Shown here: positions 39,005 through 48,860 of the stretch, piece by piece
How positions within the stretch are numbered: the first letter of the stretch is position 1
Layout of the letters: every line of letters starts with the position of its first letter
The notes under the pieces: generated by a model
What the model saw: the letters and a program-made list of their open reading frames with translations, nothing else
Databases searched by the model: none
Told to the model about the DNA's origin: nothing
Assembly (NCBI GenBank): GCA_963815115.1
Contig: CAWFFN010000005.1
Coordinates: forward strand, 736,001-800,000
Source of the DNA: an uncultured delta proteobacterium
Lineage (GTDB): Bacteria > Desulfobacterota > Binatia > DP-6
Length of the DNA: 64,000 bases
Direction of reading: 5' to 3'
Translations under genes and position numbers: made by a program

Positions 39005-40570
39005 GTGCTCGAGATCGCCTTCCGGCCGGATCGCGCCAGCGAGGTGCCCATGGCGCGGCAGCTGGCCGACCACGTGGCGACGCTGGTCACGAGCGGACGC
39101 CTGCTCGGGGGCTCCAGGCTGCCGGCGTCGCGCGAAGCCGCGATCGCGCTCGGCGTCTCGCGCAAGACCGTGAGCGCGGCGTACCAGCAGCTCGCCGCTC
39201 GCGGGCTGACCGCTGCGCATGTGGGGCAGGGCACGTTCGTGCTGCTCGGCACCCCGCCGCCTGCCGCCGCACCGCGCGCAGCCGCCGCTCGCACGCCCCG
39301 CGAGTTCGCGTGGGACGGCCTCCTGGCGCGGGTGCCGCCGGTGCCGCTCAGCCTCCGCCGGGCCGAGCGCGGCGGCCCCTCTCCCTACGACTTCCGCGGC
39401 GGCCGGATCGAGGCCTCGGCGCTGCCGCTGGCCGACCTGCGCTGGGCCATGGGGCACGCGTTCCGATCCCGGGCGGGGCTCCAGGCGCTCGCGTCACACC
39501 ACGATCCCGCCGGCTGGCCGCCGTTGCGGCGCGAGATCGCGCGCCTCCTCGTCCGGCGCGGCATCTCGTGCGACGCTCGCGAGGTCGCGGTGGTGAACGG
39601 CCTCCAGCACGCCATCGACCTCGCGGCCCGGGTGCTGGTCGAGCCCGGCGACGCCGTGGTCATGGAGCAACCCGGGTACTTCGGAGCCGCCCTGGCCTTC
39701 GCGGCCCGGGGAGCCGACGTGCTCGGCGTCGACGTCGATGGCGAGGGCCTGCGCACCGACCGTCTCGCGCGCGTCCTGCGGCTCCGGCGCGTCAAGCTGG
39801 TGTACGTCACGCCGGCGACCCAGAGCCCGACCGGCGCGATGATGAGCCCGGCGCGTCGCGAGGCCCTCCTCGCCCTGGCCGACGAGCATCAGGTGCCGAT
39901 CCTCGAGGACGACTACGACAACGAGCTGCGCTACGCGGGTCCGGTCCAGCCGGCGCTCAAGGCGACCGATCCCGCCGGTCAGATCGTCCACGCCGGCACC
40001 TTCTCCAAGGTGCTGTTCCCGGGGCTGCGCGTGGGCTACGTCGTGGCGCCGCGCGTGCTGCTCGAGCGCCTGGTCGCGGCGCGTGCGGCGAGTGACTTCG
40101 GCAGCGGCGTCGTGCAGCAGGCGGCGCTGGCCAGCCTGCTCGCTACCGGCGCTCTCGACCGCCACCTGCAGCGCGCGCGGCGGCTCTATGGCCGGCGGAT
40201 GGCTGCCCTGCTCGCCGCCCTGGGTCGCGAGATGCCGGCGGGCGCGCGCTGGACCGAGCCGCGCAGCGGACATCTGGTCTGGCTCACGCTCCCGTCCGGT
40301 GTCGATGGGGATCGCGTGCATCAGGCGGCCCTCGCGCTCGGTGTCGCCTACACGCGCGGCGAGGTCTTCTTCGCCGACGGCCGTGGCGGCGAGCACATCG
40401 CCCTGGCCTGCGCCGCGGTCGACGAGGCGACCATCGCCAAGGGCGTCGCGCGGCTGGCGCGCGCGATCCGCGAGGTGGCGTCGAGCGGTCACCCGGCTGG
40501 TGTTCGGCGGCCGGCCGCGGGCGAGCGGCTGGCGAGAAGGAGGAGCGATGGCACGCAGCGAGCGGGGTGA
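39005..40570 (+). CDS. MocR/GabR family PLP-dependent GntR regulator
   Basis: wHTH RLPASRE...GVSRKTV; EDDYD; GTFSKVLFPGLRVGY. Confidence 0.93.
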   Translation: MLEIAFRPDRASEVPMARQLADHVATLVTSGRLLGGSRLPASREAAIALGVSRKTVSAAYQQLAARGLTAAHVGQGTFVLLGTPPPAAAPRAAAARTPREFAWDGLLARVPPVPLSLRRAERGGPSPYDFRGGRIEASALPLADLRWAMGHAFRSRAGLQALASHHDPAGWPPLRREIARLLVRRGISCDAREVAVVNGLQHAIDLAARVLVEPGDAVVMEQPGYFGAALAFAARGADVLGVDVDGEGLRTDRLARVLRLRRVKLVYVTPATQSPTGAMMSPARREALLALADEHQVPILEDDYDNELRYAGPVQPALKATDPAGQIVHAGTFSKVLFPGLRVGYVVAPRVLLERLVAARAASDFGSGVVQQAALASLLATGALDRHLQRARRLYGRRMAALLAALGREMPAGARWTEPRSGHLVWLTLPSGVDGDRVHQAALALGVAYTRGEVFFADGRGGEHIALACAAVDEATIAKGVARLARAIREVASSGHPAGVRRPAAGERLARRRSDGTQRAG

Positions 40571-40967
40571 TTTCTGGTTCTGGGCGCTCGGCGTCTTCGG
40601 CCTGGCCAACCTCGCCAATGCAGCCTGGATGCTGGCCGATCCCGCGCACTGGTATGCCACCCTCCCGGCCGCCGTCCCGGACACCGGTCCGCTCAACCTG
40701 CACTTCGTCCGCGACATCGGGAGCGCGTTCGCGGTGATGGGGGGCGCCCTGCTCGCCGCGGCGGTGTGGCCGGCATTCCGGGTCCCCGCGCTCGCCGCCA
40801 CTGCCGGGTTCTACGTCCTGCACGCTCTCGTCCACGTCACCGACACCGTCGGGGGACGGCTGCCGCCATCACACTGGCTGATCGACTTTCCCGGCGTGTA
40901 CGGGCCCGCGGTGCTGCTGGTCGTGCTCACCGTGGCGGCTGCACGCTCGAGCGGGGCCGCGCGATGA
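40548..40967 (+). CDS. Membrane protein
   Basis: SD AGGAGGAG; four TM helices; GPLNLHFVRDIG. Confidence 0.8.
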   Translation: MARSERGDFWFWALGVFGLANLANAAWMLADPAHWYATLPAAVPDTGPLNLHFVRDIGSAFAVMGGALLAAAVWPAFRVPALAATAGFYVLHALVHVTDTVGGRLPPSHWLIDFPGVYGPAVLLVVLTVAAARSSGAAR

Positions 40968-41113
40968 CGGCCGCGGCTCGCATCGCGCTCGGCATCATCC
41001 TCGGGCTGCTCCTCGCGACCTTGCCCTTTGTTCACTACCGGCTCGGTGGCGCGCACGCCCGCGCCGACCCGGCCGTCGATACGGGAGGTTCACATGCGCA
41101 TCGCACCGATTGA
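40964..41113 (+). CDS. Small single-TM protein
   Basis: ATGA-coupled 49-aa ORF with a hydrophobic N-terminus. Confidence 0.5.
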   Translation: MTAAARIALGIILGLLLATLPFVHYRLGGAHARADPAVDTGGSHAHRTD

Positions 41114-41690
41114 GAAATCCGGTCCCCTGATGCGGCTCGCCGGCTGGATGATGCGGCGTCAGTTCGGGAAGAGCCTGACGCCCTGGCAGGTGATCTTCAC
41201 CCGGCTGCCGCGTGCGGTTCCCACCCAGCTCGCGGTGTACTGGGGGCTCGAGAAGGGCCTATCCCTCGCGCCCGACCTCCAGCTCCTGATCCAGAGCCAC
41301 GTCGCTTCGCTCAACGGCTGCACCTTCTGCGTCGACATCGGACGCGCCATCGCAACCTACCGGGGCCTCACGCTGGAGAAGCTGGACGCGGTGGCGAGCT
41401 GGCGCACGAGCCCGCTCTTCGACGCCGCCGAGCGCGCCGCCCTGGGGTACGTGGAGGAGGCGACCCGCACCAAGCGCGCCTCCGACGCCACCTTCGCCGA
41501 GCTGCGGGCGCACTTCGACGACCGCCAGATCGTCGCCATCACCTGGCTCAACGCCGTCGAGAACTACTTCAACCTGCTGAATGGCCCGCTGGGAATCGAA
41601 TCCGACGGCCTGTGCGCCATCGCCGAGCGCCGGACCGGTCGAGTCGTGCCCGCGTCGCCCGCGCCGGCCGCGCGCGCCGCGACCCGGTGA
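41094..41690 (+). CDS. Carboxymuconolactone decarboxylase/AhpD family protein
   Basis: SLNGCTFCVD CxxC, ERAALGY, FAELRAHF. Confidence 0.9.
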   Translation: MRIAPIEKSGPLMRLAGWMMRRQFGKSLTPWQVIFTRLPRAVPTQLAVYWGLEKGLSLAPDLQLLIQSHVASLNGCTFCVDIGRAIATYRGLTLEKLDAVASWRTSPLFDAAERAALGYVEEATRTKRASDATFAELRAHFDDRQIVAITWLNAVENYFNLLNGPLGIESDGLCAIAERRTGRVVPASPAPAARAATR

Positions 41691-41771
41691 GCGCGAGACC
41701 CCCGGCGCCCGCCTGGCCGCGCGTGAGGGCGATCCACCGGATGCTGTGACGCCACCGGAGCGGTCGCGATG

Positions 41772-42176
41772 CTACCGCCCCAGAACGGTCCACCCGAGCG
41801 AGCGCGCGGCCTGAGCCTGGCGGACGTCGTAGGTGAGAAACGGCAAGCCACCTGCACCTGCCCGTTCGGCCGCAGCCAGGTGGAGCGCATCGAGCGTGCG
41901 GACCTGCAGCGTCTCGGCAAGGACGCCGGCGCGTTCACAGGTGGTCTCGTCGAGCTCCACGACCAGCATCCGCGACCAGTCCGCACGAAAGACCGTGCGC
42001 ACGCGGGCACGTTCGGGCCCGCGCAGGAGCCGGCCCAGGTTGCGGAGCACCTCGACCCAGGTATGGCGCGCCGTGACCCACGACGGATCTGCTACCAGCA
42101 AGCGCTCGCACGCCGTGCTGTCGTCCTCGTCGACGTAGCGCTTGAGCAGCGCGCTGGTGTCGACGTACAGGCTCAC
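41772..42176 (-). CDS. vapC: VapC PIN-domain toxin
   Basis: YVDTSALLKRY, VRTLDALHLAAA, LTYD. Confidence 0.92.
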   Translation of the reverse strand: MSLYVDTSALLKRYVDEDDSTACERLLVADPSWVTARHTWVEVLRNLGRLLRGPERARVRTVFRADWSRMLVVELDETTCERAGVLAETLQVRTLDALHLAAAERAGAGGLPFLTYDVRQAQAARSLGWTVLGR

Positions 42177-42436
42177 TCGCCACGGTCCTCCGCGAGCGCT
42201 TCGTCGATGCGCACGACGCCGCGCGCGCGGCGGACTTTGGCAGGCGGCGGAACCCGACCTGCTGGCGCCGAGATCCAACCCTGGCTGACACCTTCCTCCA
42301 GGCGGGGTGCGGCCGGCAAGGGCGCGAGGATGGCCTTGGGCACCCCACGATCCGTCACCCGGATCGTTTCTCCCCGGGCGACACGCTCGAGGTATCGAGA
42401 CAGCCGTTGCTTCAGCTCGCGGACGCCGACGTCCAT
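42173..42436 (-). CDS. Phd/YefM family antitoxin
   Basis: VGVRELKQRLSRYL...GETIRVTDRGVP. Confidence 0.92.
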   Translation of the reverse strand: MDVGVRELKQRLSRYLERVARGETIRVTDRGVPKAILAPLPAAPRLEEGVSQGWISAPAGRVPPPAKVRRARGVVRIDEALAEDRGE

Positions 42437-42438
42437 GG

Positions 42439-42469
42439 GGCCACATTACACGGGCGATGTGGCTACATC
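42439..42469 (-). promoter_or_regulatory. Operator of the Phd-VapC module
   Basis: Near-palindrome GATGTGGCTACATC (42456-42469) plus a GGCCACAT half-site next to the start codon. Confidence 0.6.
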
Positions 42470-42631
42470 AAAGCCTTTCGCCCGACGCCCCCGCCGTCGC
42501 GCAGATTCACCTCGATGCGACCGAGCTCAGCGCGCCTCGTGACCTCGCAAGGCACTGCTCCTTGAACTTGGCGCGAACTTGGCCGCGGGGATCGTCTTCG
42601 CCATGAGCGCGGTCTACCACTGTTCAGAAAA

Positions 42632-43265
42632 GTGTCCGTCTCGGCGGACGCGGCCCCGCGCCGGCGCTTCCCGTCTACCCGCCCGAGTCCCAGCGAGGAA
42701 GGGGTCTTCCGCCATGAGGGCGACTACTGGACCAGTACCTACGGCGAGCGCACGGTGCGGGTCCGCGATGGCCGCGGCCTCGGGTATCTGGCGCAGCTGC
42801 TGCGCCACCCCGGTCGGAAGATGCCCGCGACCTTCCTGGCGGGCGGCCAGAACGCCAACGGCCGACATGCGGATCGCGATGACGAGACCGTCGTGGCCAG
42901 CGACCTGGGCGATGCCGGTCCGCTCCTCGACGCGCGGGCGGCCGCAGAGTACCGCCGACGGGCCGTGGAGCTGCACGCCGAGCTGGCCGAGGCCGAGGCG
43001 CGCAACGACCTGGGACAGCTCGCGCGAATCCGCGGGGAGATCGAGCTGCTGCGGACGCACCTGGCGGCGCTGCACGGCGGCCGGCGGACGGCGTCCCATG
43101 CCGAGCGCGCCCCGGCTGACCGTCACCAAGGGGATCAAGGCGGCACTGGCACGGCTGGGAGCGGCGCATCCGGCGCTGGGTGAGCATCTCACGGCGACGG
43201 TGAGACGAGGCTACCTCTGCGTCTACCGCCCCGACCCCCGGCGGCCGATCCGCTGGCGCGAGTGA
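42632..43265 (+). pseudogene. Frameshifted stand-alone C-terminal domain of ATPase-type transcriptional regulators
   Basis: FRHEGDYW...GLGYLAQLLRHP...DAGPLLD...AERA, then one extra C at 43110-43113; continues RLTVTKGIKAAL...CVYRPDP in another frame. Confidence 0.75.
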
Positions 43266-43437
43266 AGGCAACCGCTGCAACAGCGTCCCGCCGAGGCGCA
43301 CCGGGTACTCCGCCGCTCGCCGGCACAGCGGTTCGGCCGCGGCGTCGCGGAGATTGAGCCCGGCGTTCCGGACGGCGGCTTTCCGCAGCGCCTGGCATGC
43401 CGCACCCGGGCGGCCCGGGGCCTGACTGGCTCCAAAC

Positions 43438-44211
43438 CTACCGGATGCGGCCGTCGAGCGGGCTCGACGCCGCGGCGTGCAGCTTCGCCTCGATGCGCCC
43501 GGCGAGAAAGGCCTTGCGGCCGGCGTCGACGCCGAGCCGCATCGCCTCCGCCATCAGGATCGGATCGCGCGCGCCGGCGATGGCCGTGTTCATGAGGACG
43601 GCGTCGCAGCCGAGCTCGAGAGCCTCTGCCGCGTGCGAAGCCGTGCCGACCCCGGCGTCGACGATCACCGGGACGCGGCTCTGCTCGACGATGATGCGCA
43701 GGTTGAACGGGTTGCGGATGCCGAGCCCCGACCCGATGGGTGCGGCCAGCGGCATGACGGCGACGCAGCCGAGGTCCTCGAGCCGCTTGCAGGCCACCGG
43801 GTCGTCGGTGACGTAGGGCAACACCCGGAACCCTTCGGCGACGAGCTGCCGCGCCGCCTCGATCGTCGCGGGCACGTCCGGGAACAGCGTCCGCTCGTCG
43901 CCGATCACCTCGAGCTTCACCAGGGTGCCGACGCCCGCCTCGCGCGCCAGCCGCACGGTGCGCACGGCGTCCTCGGCCGTGTAGCAGCCCGCGGTGTTGG
44001 GCAGGATCGTGAAGCGGTCGAGCGGGAGGTGGTCGAGCAGGTTCTCCTTGCCCGGATCGGTGATGTTCACGCGCCGGACCGCGACCGTGACGATCTCCGC
44101 TCCGGACGCGTCCACCGCGCGGCGGGTCTCCTCGAACGAGCGGTATTTCCCGGTGCCGACGATGAGGCGCGAGTGGTACTCGCGACCGGCGAGGACGAAG
44201 GGATCCGTCAT
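43438..44211 (-). CDS. thiG: Thiazole synthase
   Basis: [36 protein letters not shown]. Confidence 0.97.
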   Translation of the reverse strand: MTDPFVLAGREYHSRLIVGTGKYRSFEETRRAVDASGAEIVTVAVRRVNITDPGKENLLDHLPLDRFTILPNTAGCYTAEDAVRTVRLAREAGVGTLVKLEVIGDERTLFPDVPATIEAARQLVAEGFRVLPYVTDDPVACKRLEDLGCVAVMPLAAPIGSGLGIRNPFNLRIIVEQSRVPVIVDAGVGTASHAAEALELGCDAVLMNTAIAGARDPILMAEAMRLGVDAGRKAFLAGRIEAKLHAAASSPLDGRIR

Positions 44212-44216
44212 TGCGT

Positions 44217-44417
44217 TCAGCCGCCCCCGACGAAGTGGATGACCTCGATGGCGTCGCCCTCGCGCAGCGTCGTGCTGGGGTACGCGGCGCGCGGGACGAC
44301 CGCGCGGTTCACCTCGACGGCGATGCGCCGCGCACCGAGGCCGAGGATGGCCACCAGATCCGCCACGGTCGCGCCGTCGGGCAGCGCGCGCTGTTCGTCG
44401 TTCACCACCACCGTCAC
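44217..44417 (-). CDS. thiS: Sulfur carrier protein ThiS
   Basis: AVEVN...[10 protein letters not shown]-terminus, upstream of thiG. Confidence 0.93.
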   Translation of the reverse strand: MTVVVNDEQRALPDGATVADLVAILGLGARRIAVEVNRAVVPRAAYPSTTLREGDAIEVIHFVGGG

Positions 44418-44470
44418 CGTACGCCCGACGATATCGTCCCGCCGGGAGCCTGACAACAACTCCCGCCGTC

Positions 44471-45511
44471 TCACGCCGGTGCGGGGGGCTCCAGCGGATA
44501 GCCCGCCTCCCGCCACGCGCGCACGCCGCCGTCGAGCGCGACGGCGCGCGTGTACCCGAGCGTGCGAAGCATCGCCGCCGCCAGGGTCGAGATCTTGCCG
44601 AACTCGCAGTACAGGAGAATGCGCGCCGTCGGATCCGGGAGCTCCTTGTCCACGCGGAGCTCGAGCTGGCCGCGCGGGATGTGGCGCGCTCGCGGGATGT
44701 GGCCCGCCTCGTAGGCGTCGCGTTCGCGCACGTCGAGGACGACGAGTTCCGGGTCGGACTCGGTGACCCGCGCGCGCACCTCCTCCATCGACATGAACGC
44801 GATCCGGCGCGCCGCCTCGTCGAGCATCTGCGCGACCGTCTTCCCGCCCGTCCGGTTGGCGCGCAGCGCCTCGGTGAGGTGGTCGGGCAGATCGATCTTG
44901 AGCGCCCGCATCTGGGCGACGAAGTCGGCTGGCTCGCGGTGCTGGAGCCGGGGATTCTCGGCCTTCTCCCGGCCGAGCGTGGTGACCGGGGTACCCTTGT
45001 AGTTGTGGCCCGGGAAGACCTGCAGGGCGTCGTCGAGGCGAAGGAGCTTCCCGAAGAGGCTCTCGTACAACGCCTCGGGGTTCCCCGTCGGCAGGTCCGT
45101 TCGCCCGGTCCCGAGGCGGAGCAGGGTGTCGCCGGTGAGCACGCGATCGGCGAGCACGAGCGAGATCGAGTCGTCGGTGTGGCCCGGAGTGTACAGGACG
45201 CGCAGCCGGAGACGCCCGGCGATGATCGTCTCGCCGTCGTCCACGCGCACGTCGACGTAGGGCGCGGGGCTGGCGCGGTGCATGACGATCGGCACGCCGA
45301 GGCGCCGGCCCAGCTCGCGCGTCGCCGAGAAGTGGTCCGCGTGCGTGTGCGTGTCGACGAGGTACTGGAGCCGCACGCCGGTCTTCGCGGTCAGCGCGAG
45401 GTAGCGGTCGATCTGGCTCAGTTCGGGGTCGACGAGGATCGCGGAGCAGGTGTCGGGACAGCCGATCAGGTACGACAGGCAGCCACCGGTGCGCACCTCC
45501 TCGAAGATCAT
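44471..45511 (-). CDS. Persulfide dioxygenase-like MBL fused to rhodanese
   Basis: THTHADH, TPGHT, TGDTL, GRTD, PGHNY; rhodanese DVRE...GHIP...YCEFG...LDGGVRAW. Confidence 0.9.
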   Translation of the reverse strand: MIFEEVRTGGCLSYLIGCPDTCSAILVDPELSQIDRYLALTAKTGVRLQYLVDTHTHADHFSATRELGRRLGVPIVMHRASPAPYVDVRVDDGETIIAGRLRLRVLYTPGHTDDSISLVLADRVLTGDTLLRLGTGRTDLPTGNPEALYESLFGKLLRLDDALQVFPGHNYKGTPVTTLGREKAENPRLQHREPADFVAQMRALKIDLPDHLTEALRANRTGGKTVAQMLDEAARRIAFMSMEEVRARVTESDPELVVLDVRERDAYEAGHIPRARHIPRGQLELRVDKELPDPTARILLYCEFGKISTLAAAMLRTLGYTRAVALDGGVRAWREAGYPLEPPAPA

Positions 45512-45543
45512 CCCGCGATTGTCCGCCTCGCCCGGGCGCGCCG

Positions 45544-46065
45544 TCAACGCCCGGGCGCTTCGCACGGCTCGCCCGGCTGCGCGACCAGATCGAGCACCTC
45601 CCCGGCGAGCCGGATGACGCAGTCGCGCAGCTCGTCGTCGAGATCGAGCACCAGCTCGCGGGCGGACGCCATCCACTGCTCGTGCACGCCTTCCTGGAAG
45701 AAGAGCGGCAGCAGCCGGACGAAGGTCTCGATGCCGAAACGGATCACGTCGATGTCGCGCCGCAAGGGCTCGGACGGCATCCCCGTGGCATTGCGGAAGA
45801 CGTGCACGTAGAGGCTGGCGTGCGGGTTGGGGAGCACCGTGACGCCGGTCTCGGAGGCGGTCTGCTCCGCGATCCGGCACCACGTCGCATCGCGTTCCAG
45901 AATCTTGAGGATCGGCTCGCGGTCCGACTGGGGGAGCTTCGCGAACACGCGCAGCACGCGCTCGGTGAGCGGGTCGGCCGTGAGCTTCTCGGCCAGCTCG
46001 TGCGCGGTGACCAGGATCGCCTGGAGCGCATCGAGCCGCGTCGCCGGAACATCGGCGGCAGTCAT
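45544..46065 (-). CDS. Hypothetical protein
   Basis: Protein-like helical ORF ([14 protein letters not shown]...[11 protein letters not shown]) filling the gap. Confidence 0.7.
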   Translation of the reverse strand: MTAADVPATRLDALQAILVTAHELAEKLTADPLTERVLRVFAKLPQSDREPILKILERDATWCRIAEQTASETGVTVLPNPHASLYVHVFRNATGMPSEPLRRDIDVIRFGIETFVRLLPLFFQEGVHEQWMASARELVLDLDDELRDCVIRLAGEVLDLVAQPGEPCEAPGR

Positions 46066-46180
46066 GCCAGCAGAGTGCGGGATCCGAGCCGAGCGGATCA
46101 AGGGATATTTCGGCGCGCGGCGTCTCGCGAAGATGACAACCTGCGGCCTGCTTGGTATGGGACGTGGTCGTCGGAGCCGC

Positions 46181-47320
46181 ATGCAGGACATGGAGGGCAG
46201 GACCCAGGGCAGACCCACGATCGCCGAGGTGAGCCTCAATGCCCTGCGCGACAACTGCCGTCAGGCGGTGGCGCTGGTGCCCGCCGGGGTGTCGGTGCTC
46301 GCGGTGGTGAAGGCCGATGGCTACGGCCACGGGGCGGCGCCCGCGGCGCGCGCGTTCCTCGACGGCGGTGCGACCGGGCTCGGCGTCTCCATGGTCAGCG
46401 AGGGGAGCGAGCTCCGCCGCGCGGGCATCGAGGCGCCGGTGGTGGTCCTCGGTGGCGCCTTCCCCGGTGAGGAGGCGGCGGCGGTGGCGCACGATCTGGC
46501 CGTCGCCGTGTGGACCCTCGAGGGCGGCCGCGCCCTGGCCGCCGCTGCACGTGCCGCGGGCCGCACGGCTGCCATCCACCTCAAGGTGAACACGGGAATG
46601 ACGCGGCTCGGATGCGAGGTGGAAGACGTGCGCGCGCTGGGGGAGTCGTTGGCCGGCGAGCTGCATCTCCGGCTCGAAGGCGTGTTCTCCCATTTCGCCT
46701 CCGCCGAAGCCGTCGAGACGGAGTCGGCGCGGGCCCAGCTGGCACGTTTCGCCGCGGCCGTGGAGGAGCTGGCCGCGGCCGGGATTCGCCCGCCCCAGGT
46801 CCATCTCGCCAACAGCGCCGCCGTCCTCGCCGAGCCGTCGGCGCACTTCACCATGGTGCGGCCGGGCCTGATGCTCTACGGCTACGCGCCGGCACCGCAC
46901 CTGGCGGCGCGCGCGCGGCTGCGGCCCGCGATGCGGCTTCGCACGCGCATCGCCCAGGTCCGCCGCGTGCCCGCCGGGACACCCGTGGGCTACGGCGGCA
47001 CGTGGACCGCCGCGCGCGTGTCGTGTCTGGCCACGCTGCCCCTCGGCTACGCCGACGGCTACCGTCGTGCGGCGTCGAACCGCGGCCACATGCTGGTCGG
47101 CGCCCGGCGCGTGCCGGTGGCCGGCCGGGTGTGCATGGATCACGTCATGCTGGACGTCACCGACGCCCCGGAGCCGCGTGCGGGCGACCCGGTGACCGTC
47201 TTCGGCCCGAGTCTCGGGGCGGACGAGGTGGCGGGCTGGAGCGACACCATCGCGTACGAGGTGCTCACGTCCGTCGGCAAGCGCGTCCCGCGCGTCTACG
47301 TGGAGGAGTTCGATGCCTAG
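46181..47320 (+). CDS. alr: Alanine racemase
   Basis: AVVKADGYGHG, HLKVNTGMTRLG, VRPGL, GRVCMD. Confidence 0.96.
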   Translation: MQDMEGRTQGRPTIAEVSLNALRDNCRQAVALVPAGVSVLAVVKADGYGHGAAPAARAFLDGGATGLGVSMVSEGSELRRAGIEAPVVVLGGAFPGEEAAAVAHDLAVAVWTLEGGRALAAAARAAGRTAAIHLKVNTGMTRLGCEVEDVRALGESLAGELHLRLEGVFSHFASAEAVETESARAQLARFAAAVEELAAAGIRPPQVHLANSAAVLAEPSAHFTMVRPGLMLYGYAPAPHLAARARLRPAMRLRTRIAQVRRVPAGTPVGYGGTWTAARVSCLATLPLGYADGYRRAASNRGHMLVGARRVPVAGRVCMDHVMLDVTDAPEPRAGDPVTVFGPSLGADEVAGWSDTIAYEVLTSVGKRVPRVYVEEFDA

Positions 47321-48857
47321 GGTGAAGCGGGCGCTGCTCAGCGTCTCCGACAAGCGCGGATTGCTCGAGCTGGCGCGCGGACTGCGCGAGCTCGGAGTCG
47401 AGATGCTGTCGACCGGCGGGACGGCGAAGCTGCTCGCCGACGCCGGGCTCCCGGTGACGCAGGTGAGCGACTACACCGGCTTCCCCGAGATGCTCGACGG
47501 CCGCGTGAAGACCCTGCACCCGAAGATCCACGGCGGCCTGCTCGGACGGCGCGACCTGCCGGCCCATCTGGCTGCCATGCGGGAGCACGGCATCGAGCCG
47601 ATCGATCTCGTGGTGGTGAACCTGTATCCCTTCCGGGAGACCATCGCGAAGCCGGGCACCACGCTCGAGGAGGCCATCGAGCAGATCGACATCGGCGGCC
47701 CGTCGATGCTGCGGTCGGCGGCCAAGAACCACGCCGCGGTGACCGTCCTCGTCGACCCCGACGACTACGCGTCGGTGCTGGGCGAGCTGCGCGCGTCCGG
47801 GGGCGAGGTGTCGGCGGCGACCAACCGCCGCCTCGCCCAGAAGGTCTTCCACGTGACGGCCTCGTACGACGGCGCGATCGCCGACTATCTCGGAGCGCGC
47901 GCCGAGACCGCATTCGGCGAGACCTTCCACTGGAGCGGTGCCAAGGCTCTCGACATGCGCTACGGCGAGAACCCGCACCAGCGTGCCGCGCTCTACGGCG
48001 GCTTCCTGTGCGTCGCCGAGCCGCTGCACGGCAAGGAGCTCTCCTACAACAACGTCGTCGACATCGACGCGGCCCTGGCGCTGGCCAGCGAGTTCCTCGC
48101 CGGGCCCGGGACGGCCGTGGCCATCCTGAAACACAACACGCCGTGCGGCGTCGGCGTGGGGCGGGACGCCCGCGAGGCCTGGCAGCGAGCGTACGCGACC
48201 GATCCCGAATCGCCCTTCGGGGGCATCGTGGTCTCGACCACGCCGTTCACGGAAGCCCTGGCGCAGGCGGTCGACGAGATCTTCACCGAGGTGCTGATCG
48301 CGCCCGCGTTCGAGCCCGCGGCCTGGGAGCTGCTCACCCGGAAGAAGGCGCGCCGCCTGGTGCGCTGGAATCCGGCTGCGGCGCCGGTCGACCGGCCCGT
48401 CATGCGCGGCGTCGTCGCGGGTCTGCTGGTGCAGGACGCGGACCGTTCCATCGAAGATGCCCGCACGGCGAAGGTCGTGACCCGGCGCGCCCCCAGCGAC
48501 GAGGAGCTCCGGGCCCTCGACTTCGCCTGGCGCGTGGTCAAGCACGTCAAGTCGAACGCCATCGTGTTCGCGGCCGCCGACCGCACGCTCGCCCTCGGTG
48601 GCGGGCAGACCTCGCGGGTCGAGCCGGTGCGGGCCGCGCGGGCGCGTGCCGAGCGCCTGCACATCTCGCTCGCCGGCTCGGTGCTCGCGAGCGACGCGTT
48701 CTTTCCCTTCGCGGACGGCCTCGAGGAGGCGATCGCCGCGGGCGCCACCGCCGTCATCCAGCCCGGCGGCAGCACGCGCGACGAGGAGGTGATCCGTGCG
48801 GCCGACGCGCGCGGCGTCGCCATGGTCTTCACCGGCATCCGGCACTTCCGGCACTGA
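47313..48857 (+). CDS. purH: AICAR transformylase/IMP cyclohydrolase
   Basis: ALLSVSDK, GRVKTLHP, RYGENPHQ, SDAFFPF, RHFRH. Confidence 0.97.
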   Translation: MPRVKRALLSVSDKRGLLELARGLRELGVEMLSTGGTAKLLADAGLPVTQVSDYTGFPEMLDGRVKTLHPKIHGGLLGRRDLPAHLAAMREHGIEPIDLVVVNLYPFRETIAKPGTTLEEAIEQIDIGGPSMLRSAAKNHAAVTVLVDPDDYASVLGELRASGGEVSAATNRRLAQKVFHVTASYDGAIADYLGARAETAFGETFHWSGAKALDMRYGENPHQRAALYGGFLCVAEPLHGKELSYNNVVDIDAALALASEFLAGPGTAVAILKHNTPCGVGVGRDAREAWQRAYATDPESPFGGIVVSTTPFTEALAQAVDEIFTEVLIAPAFEPAAWELLTRKKARRLVRWNPAAAPVDRPVMRGVVAGLLVQDADRSIEDARTAKVVTRRAPSDEELRALDFAWRVVKHVKSNAIVFAAADRTLALGGGQTSRVEPVRAARARAERLHISLAGSVLASDAFFPFADGLEEAIAAGATAVIQPGGSTRDEEVIRAADARGVAMVFTGIRHFRH

Positions 48858-48860
48858 GTG

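Noticed and set aside
44418-44470. TPP riboswitch upstream of thiS or thiE
   Set aside because: Gap too short and no CTGAGA core seen in these leaders
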